64,000 bases of DNA from positions 3,968,001-4,032,000 of the forward strand of contig CP051526.1 in NCBI GenBank assembly GCA_050916045.1. The letters are read 5' to 3'. This document shows, piece after piece, positions 38,994 to 48,840 of the stretch (its first letter is position 1; each line of letters opens with the position of its first letter). The notes beneath the pieces were generated by a model. It ran no database searches. It worked only from the letters and a program-made list of their open reading frames with translations, and had not been told where the DNA came from. A program made the position numbers and the translations under genes. Source of the stretch: Tepidisphaera sp. Lineage in GTDB: Bacteria; Planctomycetota; Phycisphaerae; Phycisphaerales; UBA1924.

Positions 38994-40606
38994 TCGAACG
39001 TCTGGCTTTCCTCTGGCCTGAGATCTCGCTCTTCATCGCGACCTGCGTCGTGATGGTGCTCGGCCTCTCGCGCAACCGTGACATCCGCAAGCTCTCCGCC
39101 GTCGTCGCTGCCGGCGGTCTCGTCGCCGCCCTCGTTCTGGCCGCGATGACCACTCCGTACGGTTCGGCTGTCAAAGCCGAAGCCGGACAGACCCTGCTGA
39201 CCGACATGCCGCGGTACGCCAAGGTCGTCATCGCGGTCGTCGGCCTGCTGCTCCTCCTTCTCGTCGGCGGAACGGTCGACCGGACCGATGAGGAGCGGAT
39301 CGCTGCCGGGACGCAGCGGTTTGACCCGCTCCGGTCCAACCGGGCGGAGTTCTACTCGTTCTTCCTGTTCAGTCTGACGGGCCTGATGCTCTGTGCTTCG
39401 GCCGCGGACCTGGTCTGGCTGTTCCTCGCCCTCGAACTGACGAGCTTGCCGACGTACATCATGGTCGCGATTTCGACGAACAAGAACCGGTCGAAGGAAG
39501 CGGCGGTCAAGTACTTCTTCCTGGGCGCGATGGGTGCAGCGACCTTCCTGATGGGCTTTGCGTTCCTCTACGGGGCGACGGGCTCGACGAAGTTCAACAC
39601 GATCGCGAGCGTGATCACGACCGCGGGCGTCTCGGACATGGCGATGCTCGGCATCGTGCTGTCCATCCTCGGCCTGGCGTTCAAGATCGCGGCGGTGCCG
39701 ATGCACTTCTACACGGCGGACGTGTACGAGGGAGCGGCCCCGCAGGTCTCGGCGTTCTTGGCCTTCGTGCCCAAGACGGCGGGTTTCATCGGCCTCATGC
39801 TGATCCTCGCGGCGGTCGGCTGGACGCACGGACCGGCCGACGCTTCGCTCCCCGAGCCCATCCGCGTGACGCTCTGGGTCATGGCGGCGATGACGATGAC
39901 GATCGGCAACGTCCTCGCCCTGCTTCAGCAGTCGGTGAAGCGTGTGCTCGCGTACTCGTCGATCGCGCACTCCGGGTACATGCTGGTCGCTCTCATCGCG
40001 GGCCCCGGCGGCGGGCCTGCTTCGGACAACGGGCTGGCGGCGATCCTCTTCTACCTGCTCGCGTACGGCGTGACGAACGTCGGTACGTTCGCGGTGCTGG
40101 CGTGCCTTGAGCGTCGCGACCGGGACGGTGAGCCTGTCGAGATCGACTCCTTCGCCGACCTGCGCGGTCTGTGCCAGACCCGGCCGATGCTCGGTTGGAC
40201 GATGGTGCTTTGCTCGCTGAGCCTGCTCGGGTTCCCCCCGCTGCTCGGGTTCTTTGCCAAGGTCCCGCTTTTCACGAGCGCGATCTCGGCGGGCGAGATC
40301 ACCCTCGTCGTCGTCCTGGGCCTCAACTCGGCGATCGCCGCGTTCTACTACCTGCGGTTCACGCAGGCCTGCCTGCTCGAATCGCCGGACCCGGCGGCGC
40401 GTCCGATGGAGGCTTCGCCCTTCTTCGGCCGCCATCTCGCGGCGGTCGCTTCGGCCGCCGGCGTGATCGCGCTGGTCGTCGCGGGCGGAACGCTTCTGGA
40501 CTCCGCCGCTTCGGCCGCGAAAGCGAGCACGATCTCGCGGGCTCCGGACGCGACGGTGAAAGCTCCGCGGCCGGCGCCGACCGAAGCCGAGACCGTCGCT
40601 CAGTAA
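38990..40606 (+). CDS. nuoN: NADH-quinone oxidoreductase subunit N
   Basis: ALELTSL, EAAVKYF, FKIAAVPMHFYTADVYEGA and KRVLAYSSIAHSGY. Confidence 0.95.
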   Translation: MIERLAFLWPEISLFIATCVVMVLGLSRNRDIRKLSAVVAAGGLVAALVLAAMTTPYGSAVKAEAGQTLLTDMPRYAKVVIAVVGLLLLLLVGGTVDRTDEERIAAGTQRFDPLRSNRAEFYSFFLFSLTGLMLCASAADLVWLFLALELTSLPTYIMVAISTNKNRSKEAAVKYFFLGAMGAATFLMGFAFLYGATGSTKFNTIASVITTAGVSDMAMLGIVLSILGLAFKIAAVPMHFYTADVYEGAAPQVSAFLAFVPKTAGFIGLMLILAAVGWTHGPADASLPEPIRVTLWVMAAMTMTIGNVLALLQQSVKRVLAYSSIAHSGYMLVALIAGPGGGPASDNGLAAILFYLLAYGVTNVGTFAVLACLERRDRDGEPVEIDSFADLRGLCQTRPMLGWTMVLCSLSLLGFPPLLGFFAKVPLFTSAISAGEITLVVVLGLNSAIAAFYYLRFTQACLLESPDPAARPMEASPFFGRHLAAVASAAGVIALVVAGGTLLDSAASAAKASTISRAPDATVKAPRPAPTEAETVAQ

Positions 40607-40638
40607 TCAGCGAATCCCAAGAACCCTCTGATCAACCC

Positions 40639-40674
40639 AAACGCCGCAGCGGCCCCGCTGCGGCGTTTGCTTTT
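40639..40674 (+). terminator. Intrinsic terminator after nuoN
   Basis: AAACGCCGCAGCGG / CCGCTGCGGCGTTT inverted repeat followed by GCTTTT. Confidence 0.75.
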
Positions 40675-40687
40675 CCTACCATCGGAG

Positions 40688-42439
40688 ATGCCCACGCTTT
40701 CGCCGGTCCAGACCCGTTTCGTTCCCGCCGACATCGACTGCACCCGCTGGGAGCAGATCGAACCGCTGGCCCAAGCTCTCCTCAGCCGCCCCGTGAGCTC
40801 CGCCGCCGAGCTCGAAGCCTGGCTCATCGACCGCGGCGAGCTGGAAGCCGCCATCGGCCAGGCCGGGTCGCTCGTCTACATCAACATGACCTGCGACACC
40901 GAGAACAAAGCCGATCAGGACGCTTACACGAACTTCATCGAGACCATTCCGCCGAAGTACAAGCCCGTCTCGTTCCAGCTCGACCAGCGGCAGGTCGAAC
41001 TCTCGAACAAGCTCAACCTGCCATCCCGCGCCGGCGAGCGGTACGAGGTCCTCACGCGCGGCGTGAAGGTCGAAGCCGATCTCTTCCGCGCGGAGAACGT
41101 CCCGCTTCAAACCGAGCTCGCGCTGCTCTCTCAGAAATACGACCAGATCATCGGCGCGATGACCGTGCACTTTGACGGCCGCGACCAGACCCTCCCCGAG
41201 ATGGCCCGGTATCAGGAGGTCACGGACCGCTCGGTCCGCGAAGCCGCGTGGCGCGCCGTCGCCGCCCGCCGCCTCAAGGAACGAGCCGTCCTCGATGATC
41301 TCTACAACCAGATGATCGCCCTGAGGCACAAGGTCGCACTCAACGCGGGCTTTCAGGACTACACCCACTACGCGTTCAAGGAACGCCGCCGCTTTGACTA
41401 CACCGAAGCCCACTGCCGAGCGTTCCACGAAGCGTGCGAGAAAGCCGTCGTCCCGCTCATCCGCCGCCTCCATGAGGAACGCCGCAAGCATCTCGGCGTC
41501 GACGCTCTTCGCCCGTGGGATCTCGCGGTCGACGTCAAGGGTCGCCCGCCGCTCCGCCCCTTCAAGAACGGCCATGAGCTTCAGACCAAGTCGATCGACG
41601 TGATGACCCGCCTTGATCCGCGGCTGGGGCGGATGCTCGCGTCGATGGGCGACGGCTCGAACACGCGAGGCGCCCGCGACGGACAGTCCCTCGACCTGGA
41701 CACCCGCAAGGGCAAAGCCCCCGGCGGCTACCAGGCCAACCTCGACCGGGAACGCCGGCCCTTTATCTTCATGAATGCGGCGGGCCTCGCCAACGATGTC
41801 GTCGTGATGTTCCACGAAGCCGGGCACGCATTCCACGCGATGCTCGCCCGGGAGGAACCGCTTCTGGCCTATCGGAGCACAACGGAGGAGTTCTGCGAGG
41901 TGGCTTCGATGTCGATGGAGCTGCTGACGCTCCCGCATCTGCACACCTTCTTCCCCGACAGGACGGACCTCGCCCGCGCGACACGCCAGCAGTTTCTCCG
42001 CGTGGTCACGATCCTGCCCTGGATCGCTCAGATCGACGCCTTTCAGTTCTGGGTGTACGGGAACCCGACCCACGCGGTCCACCAACGGACGAAAGCCTGG
42101 CTCGATCTGGATGCCAAGCTGGGCGGCGGTGTCGACTGGTCAGGGCTGGAGGACGTGCGCGAGTGCCTTTGGCAGCGGCAGCTCCACCTCTTCGGAGCAC
42201 CCTTCTACTACATCGAGTACGGCATCGCTCAGCTCGGAGCCCTGCAGCTCTGGCTCATCTCGCTGGAACAGTCGCCAACGAAGGCGATTGACCTGTACCT
42301 GCACGCCCTCTCGCTCGGCGGCACCAAGCCGCTCCCGCAGCTCTTCGAAGCGGCGGGTCTGAAGTTCGATTTCGGCCCCGCCACCGTCAAGCGGCTGGTC
42401 GACCGAACGGAAGCGGAGCTCGCCAAGCTGCCGGAGTGA
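40688..42439 (+). CDS. M3B oligoendopeptidase (PepF-like)
   Basis: LRPWDL, RKGKAPGGY, HEAGHAFH, EVASMSME and PFYYIEY. Confidence 0.92.
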   Translation: MPTLSPVQTRFVPADIDCTRWEQIEPLAQALLSRPVSSAAELEAWLIDRGELEAAIGQAGSLVYINMTCDTENKADQDAYTNFIETIPPKYKPVSFQLDQRQVELSNKLNLPSRAGERYEVLTRGVKVEADLFRAENVPLQTELALLSQKYDQIIGAMTVHFDGRDQTLPEMARYQEVTDRSVREAAWRAVAARRLKERAVLDDLYNQMIALRHKVALNAGFQDYTHYAFKERRRFDYTEAHCRAFHEACEKAVVPLIRRLHEERRKHLGVDALRPWDLAVDVKGRPPLRPFKNGHELQTKSIDVMTRLDPRLGRMLASMGDGSNTRGARDGQSLDLDTRKGKAPGGYQANLDRERRPFIFMNAAGLANDVVVMFHEAGHAFHAMLAREEPLLAYRSTTEEFCEVASMSMELLTLPHLHTFFPDRTDLARATRQQFLRVVTILPWIAQIDAFQFWVYGNPTHAVHQRTKAWLDLDAKLGGGVDWSGLEDVRECLWQRQLHLFGAPFYYIEYGIAQLGALQLWLISLEQSPTKAIDLYLHALSLGGTKPLPQLFEAAGLKFDFGPATVKRLVDRTEAELAKLPE

Positions 42440-42846
42440 TCGCCCAGCCCGAGGAGTCCGCCGTGCCGCTCACACCCGAGACCGCCCAGCAGATCATGAC
42501 CCGGTGGTACGCCGCTTGGAACGCCCAGAACCTGGACGCCATCATGGCGTGCTACCACGACTCCATCGAGCACAGCTCGCCGTTCATCGCGCGGTTCAAC
42601 GCGTCCGCCGGGGTCACCCCCGAGCCGGTCCTCCGTGGCAAACCGGCCGTGCGGGCCTACTTCGGTCGTGCCCTGACCTCCAACCCGACCCCCGCCGGCC
42701 TCACACGGTTCTCGCCGATGCACCTGACGGTCGGGACGGAGAGCGTGCTCGTGCTTTACCGCCGGTGGACCGGCGAACTCGCGGGCGAGGTCTTCTTCCT
42801 CGACGCTTCCGGCCTGATCATCCGCTCCGTCTCTCACTACGGCTGA
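42436..42846 (+). CDS. SnoaL/NTF2-like protein
   Basis: WYAAWNAQNLDAIMACY...SP, GKPAVRAYF and C-terminal SHY. GTGA overlap with the upstream gene. Confidence 0.8.
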   Translation: MIAQPEESAVPLTPETAQQIMTRWYAAWNAQNLDAIMACYHDSIEHSSPFIARFNASAGVTPEPVLRGKPAVRAYFGRALTSNPTPAGLTRFSPMHLTVGTESVLVLYRRWTGELAGEVFFLDASGLIIRSVSHYG

Positions 42847-43077
42847 CCCGCGGCCGGCCCGCTGAGTCGGATTTTGTTCGTAGAAACCGCCGCCCGGCGA
42901 GCGGCGAAATCGGTTAGCATCTCAGCCCCGCGATATCACCGATGCAACTCGTTCAAGTGCAGTCGGTACGCGGAGTTCCGGCGATCCTCGACATTCCGAA
43001 TCGCCGGAGTGGCCCTTGGGTTCACTGGATTGGCCCGGTTCCTGGTGTTCGTGTCGAACCTGCGAAGGAGTTTCCGC

Positions 43078-46074
43078 ATGCGAGGTCTCAGTCTCATCAA
43101 TCGGATCGGTGTTCTCACCGTGCTGGCCGGATGCGCCACCGGGATGTTCACCAAGGTCGCGCTCGCTCAGGGCGAGCCGGACAAGCCCGAATTCCGCCCC
43201 TTCGCCGAAGTCTCCAAGGGCTTTGAGAAGGTCAATAGCCCCGAGGGCGAATCGTTCTATGGCATCTGGGTCGACCGCAAGAAGGGTCAGATGCTCGCCG
43301 AGCTTCCGCGTGGCTTCGAAGGTCAGAAGCACTTCATCGCCCTCACCGTCAGCAGCGGCGAGGACTACGCCGGCCTCCAGGCGGGCGACATCCTCGTCTA
43401 CTGGAAGCGGCAGGACAACCGGCTGCTTCTGATGGAACCCAACCTCGCGACCCAGAGCAGCGGCGACCGCGAGAGCAAGGACTCCGTCAAGCGCCTCTTC
43501 ACCGACCGCGTCATCCTCGACGTGCCGATCGTCACCATGGGCCCCTCCGGGCAGCCGATGATCGACATGGATGAGCTTCTCGCCGGCCGCACGGCTCTCT
43601 TCTTCGGCAAGTCCGGCAACACCCGCCTCGCGTCGATCAGCAAAGCCAAAGCGTTCCCCCAGAACGTCGAACTCGCGTTCGAGATGCCCACCGGCGACGG
43701 CCGCTTGCAGCAGTTCCACTATTCGATCAGCATGCTCCAGGGCACGCCGGGCTACCAGCCCCGCGCCGCCGACGAGCGCGTCGGTTACTTCACGACGACG
43801 TACCGCGACCTGGGCAAGTTCGTCGACAACGAGAAGTGGGTCCGCTACATCAACCGCTGGAACCTTGAGAAACGCGACAACCGCCTCAAGCTCAGCCCGC
43901 CCAAGCAGCCGATTGTTTTCTACATCGAAAGCACCGTCCCCGTCCGCTACCGCCGCTGGGTCGAAGCCGGCGTGCTCGAGTGGAACAAGGCTTTCGAGAA
44001 GGTCGGCATCCTCAACGCGGTCGAAGTCCGCCAGCAGGACGCCGAAACGAACACCTACATGGACAAGGACCCCGAGGATGTTCGGTGGAACTTCGTCCGC
44101 TGGCTGGCCAACGACCAGGGCACGGCGATCGGACCCAGCCGCGTGAACCCCTACACGGGCGAGATCCTCGACGCGGACATCATCCTGACCGACGGCTGGA
44201 TCCGCCACTTCTGGAACAACTTCTCCAACGTGATGCCCAAGATCGCGATGGAAGGCATGAGCGCCGAAACCCTCGCGTGGCTTGACCAGCGGCCCGAGTG
44301 GGACCCGCGCGTCCGCCTCGCTCCGCCCGAAGACCGCGACATGATCATGGCCCAGCGGGCCCGCCGCGGCGTCGTCGCCTACGGCGGCCACCCGATGGCC
44401 GCCGCGATGGGCAGCGATTCCAACATGCTCGGCACCGGCGAATTCTCCGGCCTCTTCAACCGCCGAAGCCAGGTCAACGGCTTCTGCATGGCAGCCGACG
44501 GCAAAGCGTTCGACGTCGCGATGATGCGGATGTACCTCGAAGGCATGGGCTTGGATTCCGAGAGCGGGTTCACCGGCCCGATGGAAACCGTCTCGGCGAT
44601 CCCCTCCGGCGACCCCGCCAAGGGCGACCTGCTCGACGGCATCCCCGAGTGGTTCATCGGCCCCCTGCTCGCGGACCTCGTCGTCCACGAAGTCGGACAC
44701 ACCCTCGGCCTCCGCCACAACTTCAAGGCCTCGTCCATCTACACGATGGACAAGATCAACAGCCCCGAGGTCAAGGGCAAGAAAGCCTTCACCGGCTCCG
44801 TGATGGACTACATCCCCATCAACTTCAACCTCCCCGCCGAGAACGCCGAAGCGGCCAAGCCCGAGGCAGAGAAGAAGGAAGGCGATGCCAAGGACGGCAA
44901 GAAGGAGGACAAGAAGCCCTCAGTCATGCCGCAGGCCGAAGGCGACTACGCCATGACCGGCGTCGGCCCCTACGACTTCTGGGCGATCGAGTACGGCTAC
45001 ACCACCGGCGACGTAAAGGAAGTCCTCAAGCGCGTGGCCGAGCCCGAGCTCGTCTACGGCACGGATGAAGACACCGGCGGCCCCGACCCCGCGATCCAGC
45101 GGTACGACTTCGCGGCCGACCCCCTCGAGTACTGCAAGAACCAGGCGACCCTCGCCAAGTGGCACCGCGGCCGCCTCATGGACAAGTTCGTCAAGGACGG
45201 CGAAAGCTGGTCCAAGCTCCGCCGCGGGTACGAGATGACCCTCGGCATGCAGACCCGCTCCATCGCCATCATGAGCCCCTGGGTCGGCGGAACCCACGTC
45301 AACCGCGACCGCAAGGGCGACCCCAACGGCCGCAACCCGATCGTCCCCGTCGAAGCCGCCAAGCAGCGCGAGGCTCTCAAGTTCATCGTCGAGCAGACCT
45401 TCCGCGATGAGGCTTTCGGCCTCACCCCGGCCCTCCTCGAGAAGATGACCGTTGACAAGTGGCTGGATCAGGGCGGCTCGGGCGAAGCCATGCAGGAAAA
45501 CGCCTGGCCGATCCACGACCGCATCGCCGGCATCCAGGCTTCGGCGCTCACCCGCCTCATGAATCCGACGACGCTCCGCCGCGTCTTCGACAACGAGTTC
45601 CGCATCCCGGCCGATCAGGATGCGCTCACCGTTCCGGAGCTGATCGACACCATCTCCGCCTCGATCTGGACCGAGCTTGACAACTCGCCCAGCGGCTCCT
45701 TCACCGCTCGCAAGCCCATGATCTCGAGCCTCCGCCGCAACCTGCAGCGCGAGCACATCGACCGCCTCATGGACCTCTCCCTCAAGGGCATCGGCTCCGG
45801 CGCCGCCAGCAAGCCCGTGCAGTCCCTGGCGACCGCCAAGCTTCGCGACCTCAAGGCCAAGCTCGACAAGTTCAAGGACGCTTCCGGCCTTGACCCCTAC
45901 AGCAAGAGCCACCTCGACGACATCCGCAACCGCGTCACCAAGCTCCTCGACGCCAACTACCTCTACAACCCGAGCTCCGGCGGTGGCGGCGGCGGCCTGC
46001 CCTTCGGCTTCTTCGGAAACCAGCCCGAAGCCAAGCCCGCAGGGATCATCCAGCCCGTCCCGCAGGATGAGTAA
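43078..46074 (+). CDS. Secreted zinc-dependent metalloprotease (DUF5117/DUF4953 type)
   Basis: Signal peptide, ADERVGYF, INRWNL, WNKAFE, HEVGHTLGLRHNF, SVMDY and GPYDFWAIEYGY. SD AAGGAG. Confidence 0.9.
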   Translation: MRGLSLINRIGVLTVLAGCATGMFTKVALAQGEPDKPEFRPFAEVSKGFEKVNSPEGESFYGIWVDRKKGQMLAELPRGFEGQKHFIALTVSSGEDYAGLQAGDILVYWKRQDNRLLLMEPNLATQSSGDRESKDSVKRLFTDRVILDVPIVTMGPSGQPMIDMDELLAGRTALFFGKSGNTRLASISKAKAFPQNVELAFEMPTGDGRLQQFHYSISMLQGTPGYQPRAADERVGYFTTTYRDLGKFVDNEKWVRYINRWNLEKRDNRLKLSPPKQPIVFYIESTVPVRYRRWVEAGVLEWNKAFEKVGILNAVEVRQQDAETNTYMDKDPEDVRWNFVRWLANDQGTAIGPSRVNPYTGEILDADIILTDGWIRHFWNNFSNVMPKIAMEGMSAETLAWLDQRPEWDPRVRLAPPEDRDMIMAQRARRGVVAYGGHPMAAAMGSDSNMLGTGEFSGLFNRRSQVNGFCMAADGKAFDVAMMRMYLEGMGLDSESGFTGPMETVSAIPSGDPAKGDLLDGIPEWFIGPLLADLVVHEVGHTLGLRHNFKASSIYTMDKINSPEVKGKKAFTGSVMDYIPINFNLPAENAEAAKPEAEKKEGDAKDGKKEDKKPSVMPQAEGDYAMTGVGPYDFWAIEYGYTTGDVKEVLKRVAEPELVYGTDEDTGGPDPAIQRYDFAADPLEYCKNQATLAKWHRGRLMDKFVKDGESWSKLRRGYEMTLGMQTRSIAIMSPWVGGTHVNRDRKGDPNGRNPIVPVEAAKQREALKFIVEQTFRDEAFGLTPALLEKMTVDKWLDQGGSGEAMQENAWPIHDRIAGIQASALTRLMNPTTLRRVFDNEFRIPADQDALTVPELIDTISASIWTELDNSPSGSFTARKPMISSLRRNLQREHIDRLMDLSLKGIGSGAASKPVQSLATAKLRDLKAKLDKFKDASGLDPYSKSHLDDIRNRVTKLLDANYLYNPSSGGGGGGLPFGFFGNQPEAKPAGIIQPVPQDE

Positions 46075-46103
46075 GCCCGAAGCTCTCACGCAGTAGAAAG
46101 CAC

Positions 46104-46142
46104 AAGCGGCCCGCGGATCACTCCGCGGGCCGCTTTCGTTTT
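46104..46142 (+). terminator. Intrinsic terminator
   Basis: AAGCGGCCCGCGGA-TCAC-TCCGCGGGCCGCTT followed by TCGTTTT. Confidence 0.85.
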
Positions 46143-46210
46143 CCGCGTCACCCGACTCGACCAATACGACCGCTTGGAACTCTCCGCATTCGCGGCACGT
46201 ACCCATTGAA

Positions 46211-47599
46211 ATGCTCGCACTCCTCGCCGCCATCCTCTCCGCCCAGCCCGGTAGCTCGCTTCCGCACGGCGTGACGGCTCTCTTCCCACCCACGGCCGCG
46301 GAAGCGGCCGCTTCGCTGGCGGAGAAGGTGCTGATCCTGGCGCGATGGTCCGAAAGCGGCATGGAGAAATGCTGCGGCATCTGGGAGCTCGATCCCTCCG
46401 ATCCGCCCAAGATCACACTCCGCGTCCGATTCGAAGACTCGTCGTGGTCGCCGGACACGCTCGTTCATTCGTTTCCCAAGCCACCGGTCTTTGCCGACGT
46501 AATCCGTCAGCAGGTGGATGGCGATCGTTCGTACCGCGTCAATCTCTTCCGCATCAACTATCGCGACTGGTCGGTGAACAGCATCTATCGAGGCAAACAA
46601 GCCTTGGACGTCATCTCGACTTCTTCGAGCATCTACATGGATATTGGATCCGACGGCAAGCCCGAGGATCTGCGCGTTCTCCGCGCCGGGTTCGACGAGC
46701 TTGAATCACCGAAGGAGCCCTTTCAGTTCATCCGCCGGGTCGATAGCTCGCCACACCTCCGGCTTGTCCGACGATCCGGCGCTCCGAAGGACCAGTACGC
46801 TTTCTTCGATACCACGCGGGATCGCATCGTCGCATCGATCACACTCCCGACAAGCAATCTGTACGAGCTCGCGGTCGATGAAGGCCTGACATGGGTCGCA
46901 TGGCGAAATCTGTACGAACTTGAGGGCGTCATTCGAAACGATCGCATCGGCATGCCGCAGTTCTGCAAGAACGTTGTGCACGTAGCCGCCCTTGACGGCT
47001 CCTCCCACGCCACGTTCCCGATCGGCGTGTACTTCTTCGCCGGAAGCGGAACGGATGGCATGTCGTCCGCCGATCTTCTCTTCACGAACGACGGGCGGCT
47101 CCTGTACTCTTCGGTCCCGACTCCGGACCCGATGCCTGCACCGCCCCCGCCGCTCAAGCCGGGCGAGAGCCCGTTCTGGACCGGCAACACGGAAACTGTC
47201 AAGCCCGACCGCTTGGCTTACGTCTTCGCCACCGGGGCCTCCGAGTCCGCCAGGACGACGGACCCGGTTTCTCCGCCCTTCTCAGGCTGGGGCGATGACC
47301 TGCCCGAGAATCTCAAGCCGTTCGCTCGCGCCCGGCCGGATGAGAACGAGCTGGCGCACGCGTTTCTCAAGTCCAAAGGCATCGACTACGACATTCCCGC
47401 CGCGGTCAAGTGGACCACGCTTGGCGTCAGCGCGGACAGACAGAGGATCGCGGTCAAGCTGCGGGAAAGCCGTCGCGACGCAGTGTTCATGCTCGGCGAC
47501 CTTCAATCCAACACCCTGCGAGAAGTTCCGGCACCGAAAGAACTGGTCGATGCCATCGACATTTCACTGGTATGGGTCTCGGTTCCGCCCGTACGCTGA
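46211..47599 (+). CDS. Hypothetical secreted protein
   Basis: 462-aa ORF with a short signal-like N-terminus, beta-rich, no recognised motif. Confidence 0.6.
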   Translation: MLALLAAILSAQPGSSLPHGVTALFPPTAAEAAASLAEKVLILARWSESGMEKCCGIWELDPSDPPKITLRVRFEDSSWSPDTLVHSFPKPPVFADVIRQQVDGDRSYRVNLFRINYRDWSVNSIYRGKQALDVISTSSSIYMDIGSDGKPEDLRVLRAGFDELESPKEPFQFIRRVDSSPHLRLVRRSGAPKDQYAFFDTTRDRIVASITLPTSNLYELAVDEGLTWVAWRNLYELEGVIRNDRIGMPQFCKNVVHVAALDGSSHATFPIGVYFFAGSGTDGMSSADLLFTNDGRLLYSSVPTPDPMPAPPPPLKPGESPFWTGNTETVKPDRLAYVFATGASESARTTDPVSPPFSGWGDDLPENLKPFARARPDENELAHAFLKSKGIDYDIPAAVKWTTLGVSADRQRIAVKLRESRRDAVFMLGDLQSNTLREVPAPKELVDAIDISLVWVSVPPVR

Positions 47600-47616
47600 T
47601 TATCCCATCTCTCGGA

Positions 47617-48249
47617 CTACCGCGAGGCGGTCGGTGGCGCCGCACTCTTCGCCGCTTCGATCGCCGCGTCATAGTTCGGCTCGCTCGCGACTTCCGGCAC
47701 GATTTCCTGATACCGCACGACGCCCCCCGCGTCGATCACCGTCACCGTCCGCGCGAGCAGGCCGTTCTCACGAATCCTCACCCCGTACCGATCCCCCACC
47801 TCGCGCCGCTTGCTGTCCGAAAGCGTGATCACCCGCTCGACGCCCGCCGCGCCGCACCACCGCTTCTGCGCAAACGGAAGATCCATCGACACCGTCAACA
47901 CGACAACTCCATCCCCGAGCGCCGAAGCCCGCTCGTTGAACTCCCGCGTCTCGCGATCGCACACCGCCGTCTCAAGCGACGGCACCGTGGACAGAATCAC
48001 GACCTTCCCTCGCCAGTCGCTCAGCCGCTTCTCGTCCATGTCGTTCGCCATCGCCGAAAAGTCCGGCGCGGGCCGACCCACGACCGCCCGACCCGTGCCC
48101 TCAAGCGTCATCGGCTTGCCCTTCATCGTGACCGCGTTCGGACGCAGAATCTCAACCGGACCGCTCGGCGTCTGATTCACCGTCACACACGACGCGAGCC
48201 CCGCCACCACGACCACAACCGACGCCGCCGCCCAGGACATCCTGCTCAT
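47617..48249 (-). CDS. tpx: Thiol peroxidase Tpx with a lipoprotein signal
   Basis: VTMKGKP, VPSLETAVC (peroxidatic Cys) and SMDLPFAQKRWC. Lipobox GLASC. Confidence 0.9.
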   Translation of the reverse strand: MSRMSWAAASVVVVVAGLASCVTVNQTPSGPVEILRPNAVTMKGKPMTLEGTGRAVVGRPAPDFSAMANDMDEKRLSDWRGKVVILSTVPSLETAVCDRETREFNERASALGDGVVVLTVSMDLPFAQKRWCGAAGVERVITLSDSKRREVGDRYGVRIRENGLLARTVTVIDAGGVVRYQEIVPEVASEPNYDAAIEAAKSAAPPTASR

Positions 48250-48785
48250 GCTTTGCTCCTTGCTTTGCGAACCGGCCGGGCTTTGCGATCCAAAGCCGCG
48301 GACTTGCTCAGCACCATCTCGACACACGCCCGAACGCGCCGCTCGCGCGTCTCCGGCTTCTTCGCTTGCTCGATCGCTTCGACATGCTCCCGCTGATGGG
48401 TGAAACTCATCGCTTTCCACGCATCCACGGCCCCCGTTCCGGCTTCGCGGAGCGCCCGCGCAAGGTCGACGGGCGGCTTCACCACCCGCGGCTTGTCATC
48501 AAGCGTGAGCGTGACCGTGACGCGCTCGCCCGCGACGACGCCGGAAGCTTCGCGGTTGCTCCCGCGAAGCGGGACAAACCGCTCACCACCCATGACACAC
48601 ACCGTGGATCGGAACTCATGCCCGGTTCTCGACTTTCCCTCGACGCGGACGACCACCGGAGCCCTCGCTTTGCCGAAGACCTCCTTGGCATCAAACGGAA
48701 CGGCGATCGCCGTCATCGACGACCCGTCCGGGTCGCTGAGAACCTGTGTCTCGTACGTTCTCGAGATCGCGGGCTTCTTCGCCAT
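48246..48785 (-). CDS. DUF1905 + YdeI/OmpD-associated domain protein
   Basis: VPFDAKEVFGKAR and SFTHQREHVEAIEQAKKPETRERR. Confidence 0.85.
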   Translation of the reverse strand: MAKKPAISRTYETQVLSDPDGSSMTAIAVPFDAKEVFGKARAPVVVRVEGKSRTGHEFRSTVCVMGGERFVPLRGSNREASGVVAGERVTVTLTLDDKPRVVKPPVDLARALREAGTGAVDAWKAMSFTHQREHVEAIEQAKKPETRERRVRACVEMVLSKSAALDRKARPVRKARSKA

Positions 48786-48840
48786 GGAGTCAGTGTACGT
48801 CGCGGAAAACCAACCCTCGCCCGATTCGCCACCGCCAACC

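Noticed and set aside
42981..43012. Hairpin TCCGGCGAT...ATCGCCGGA in the metalloprotease leader as a riboswitch
   Set aside because: No recognisable aptamer consensus; a single stem is insufficient.
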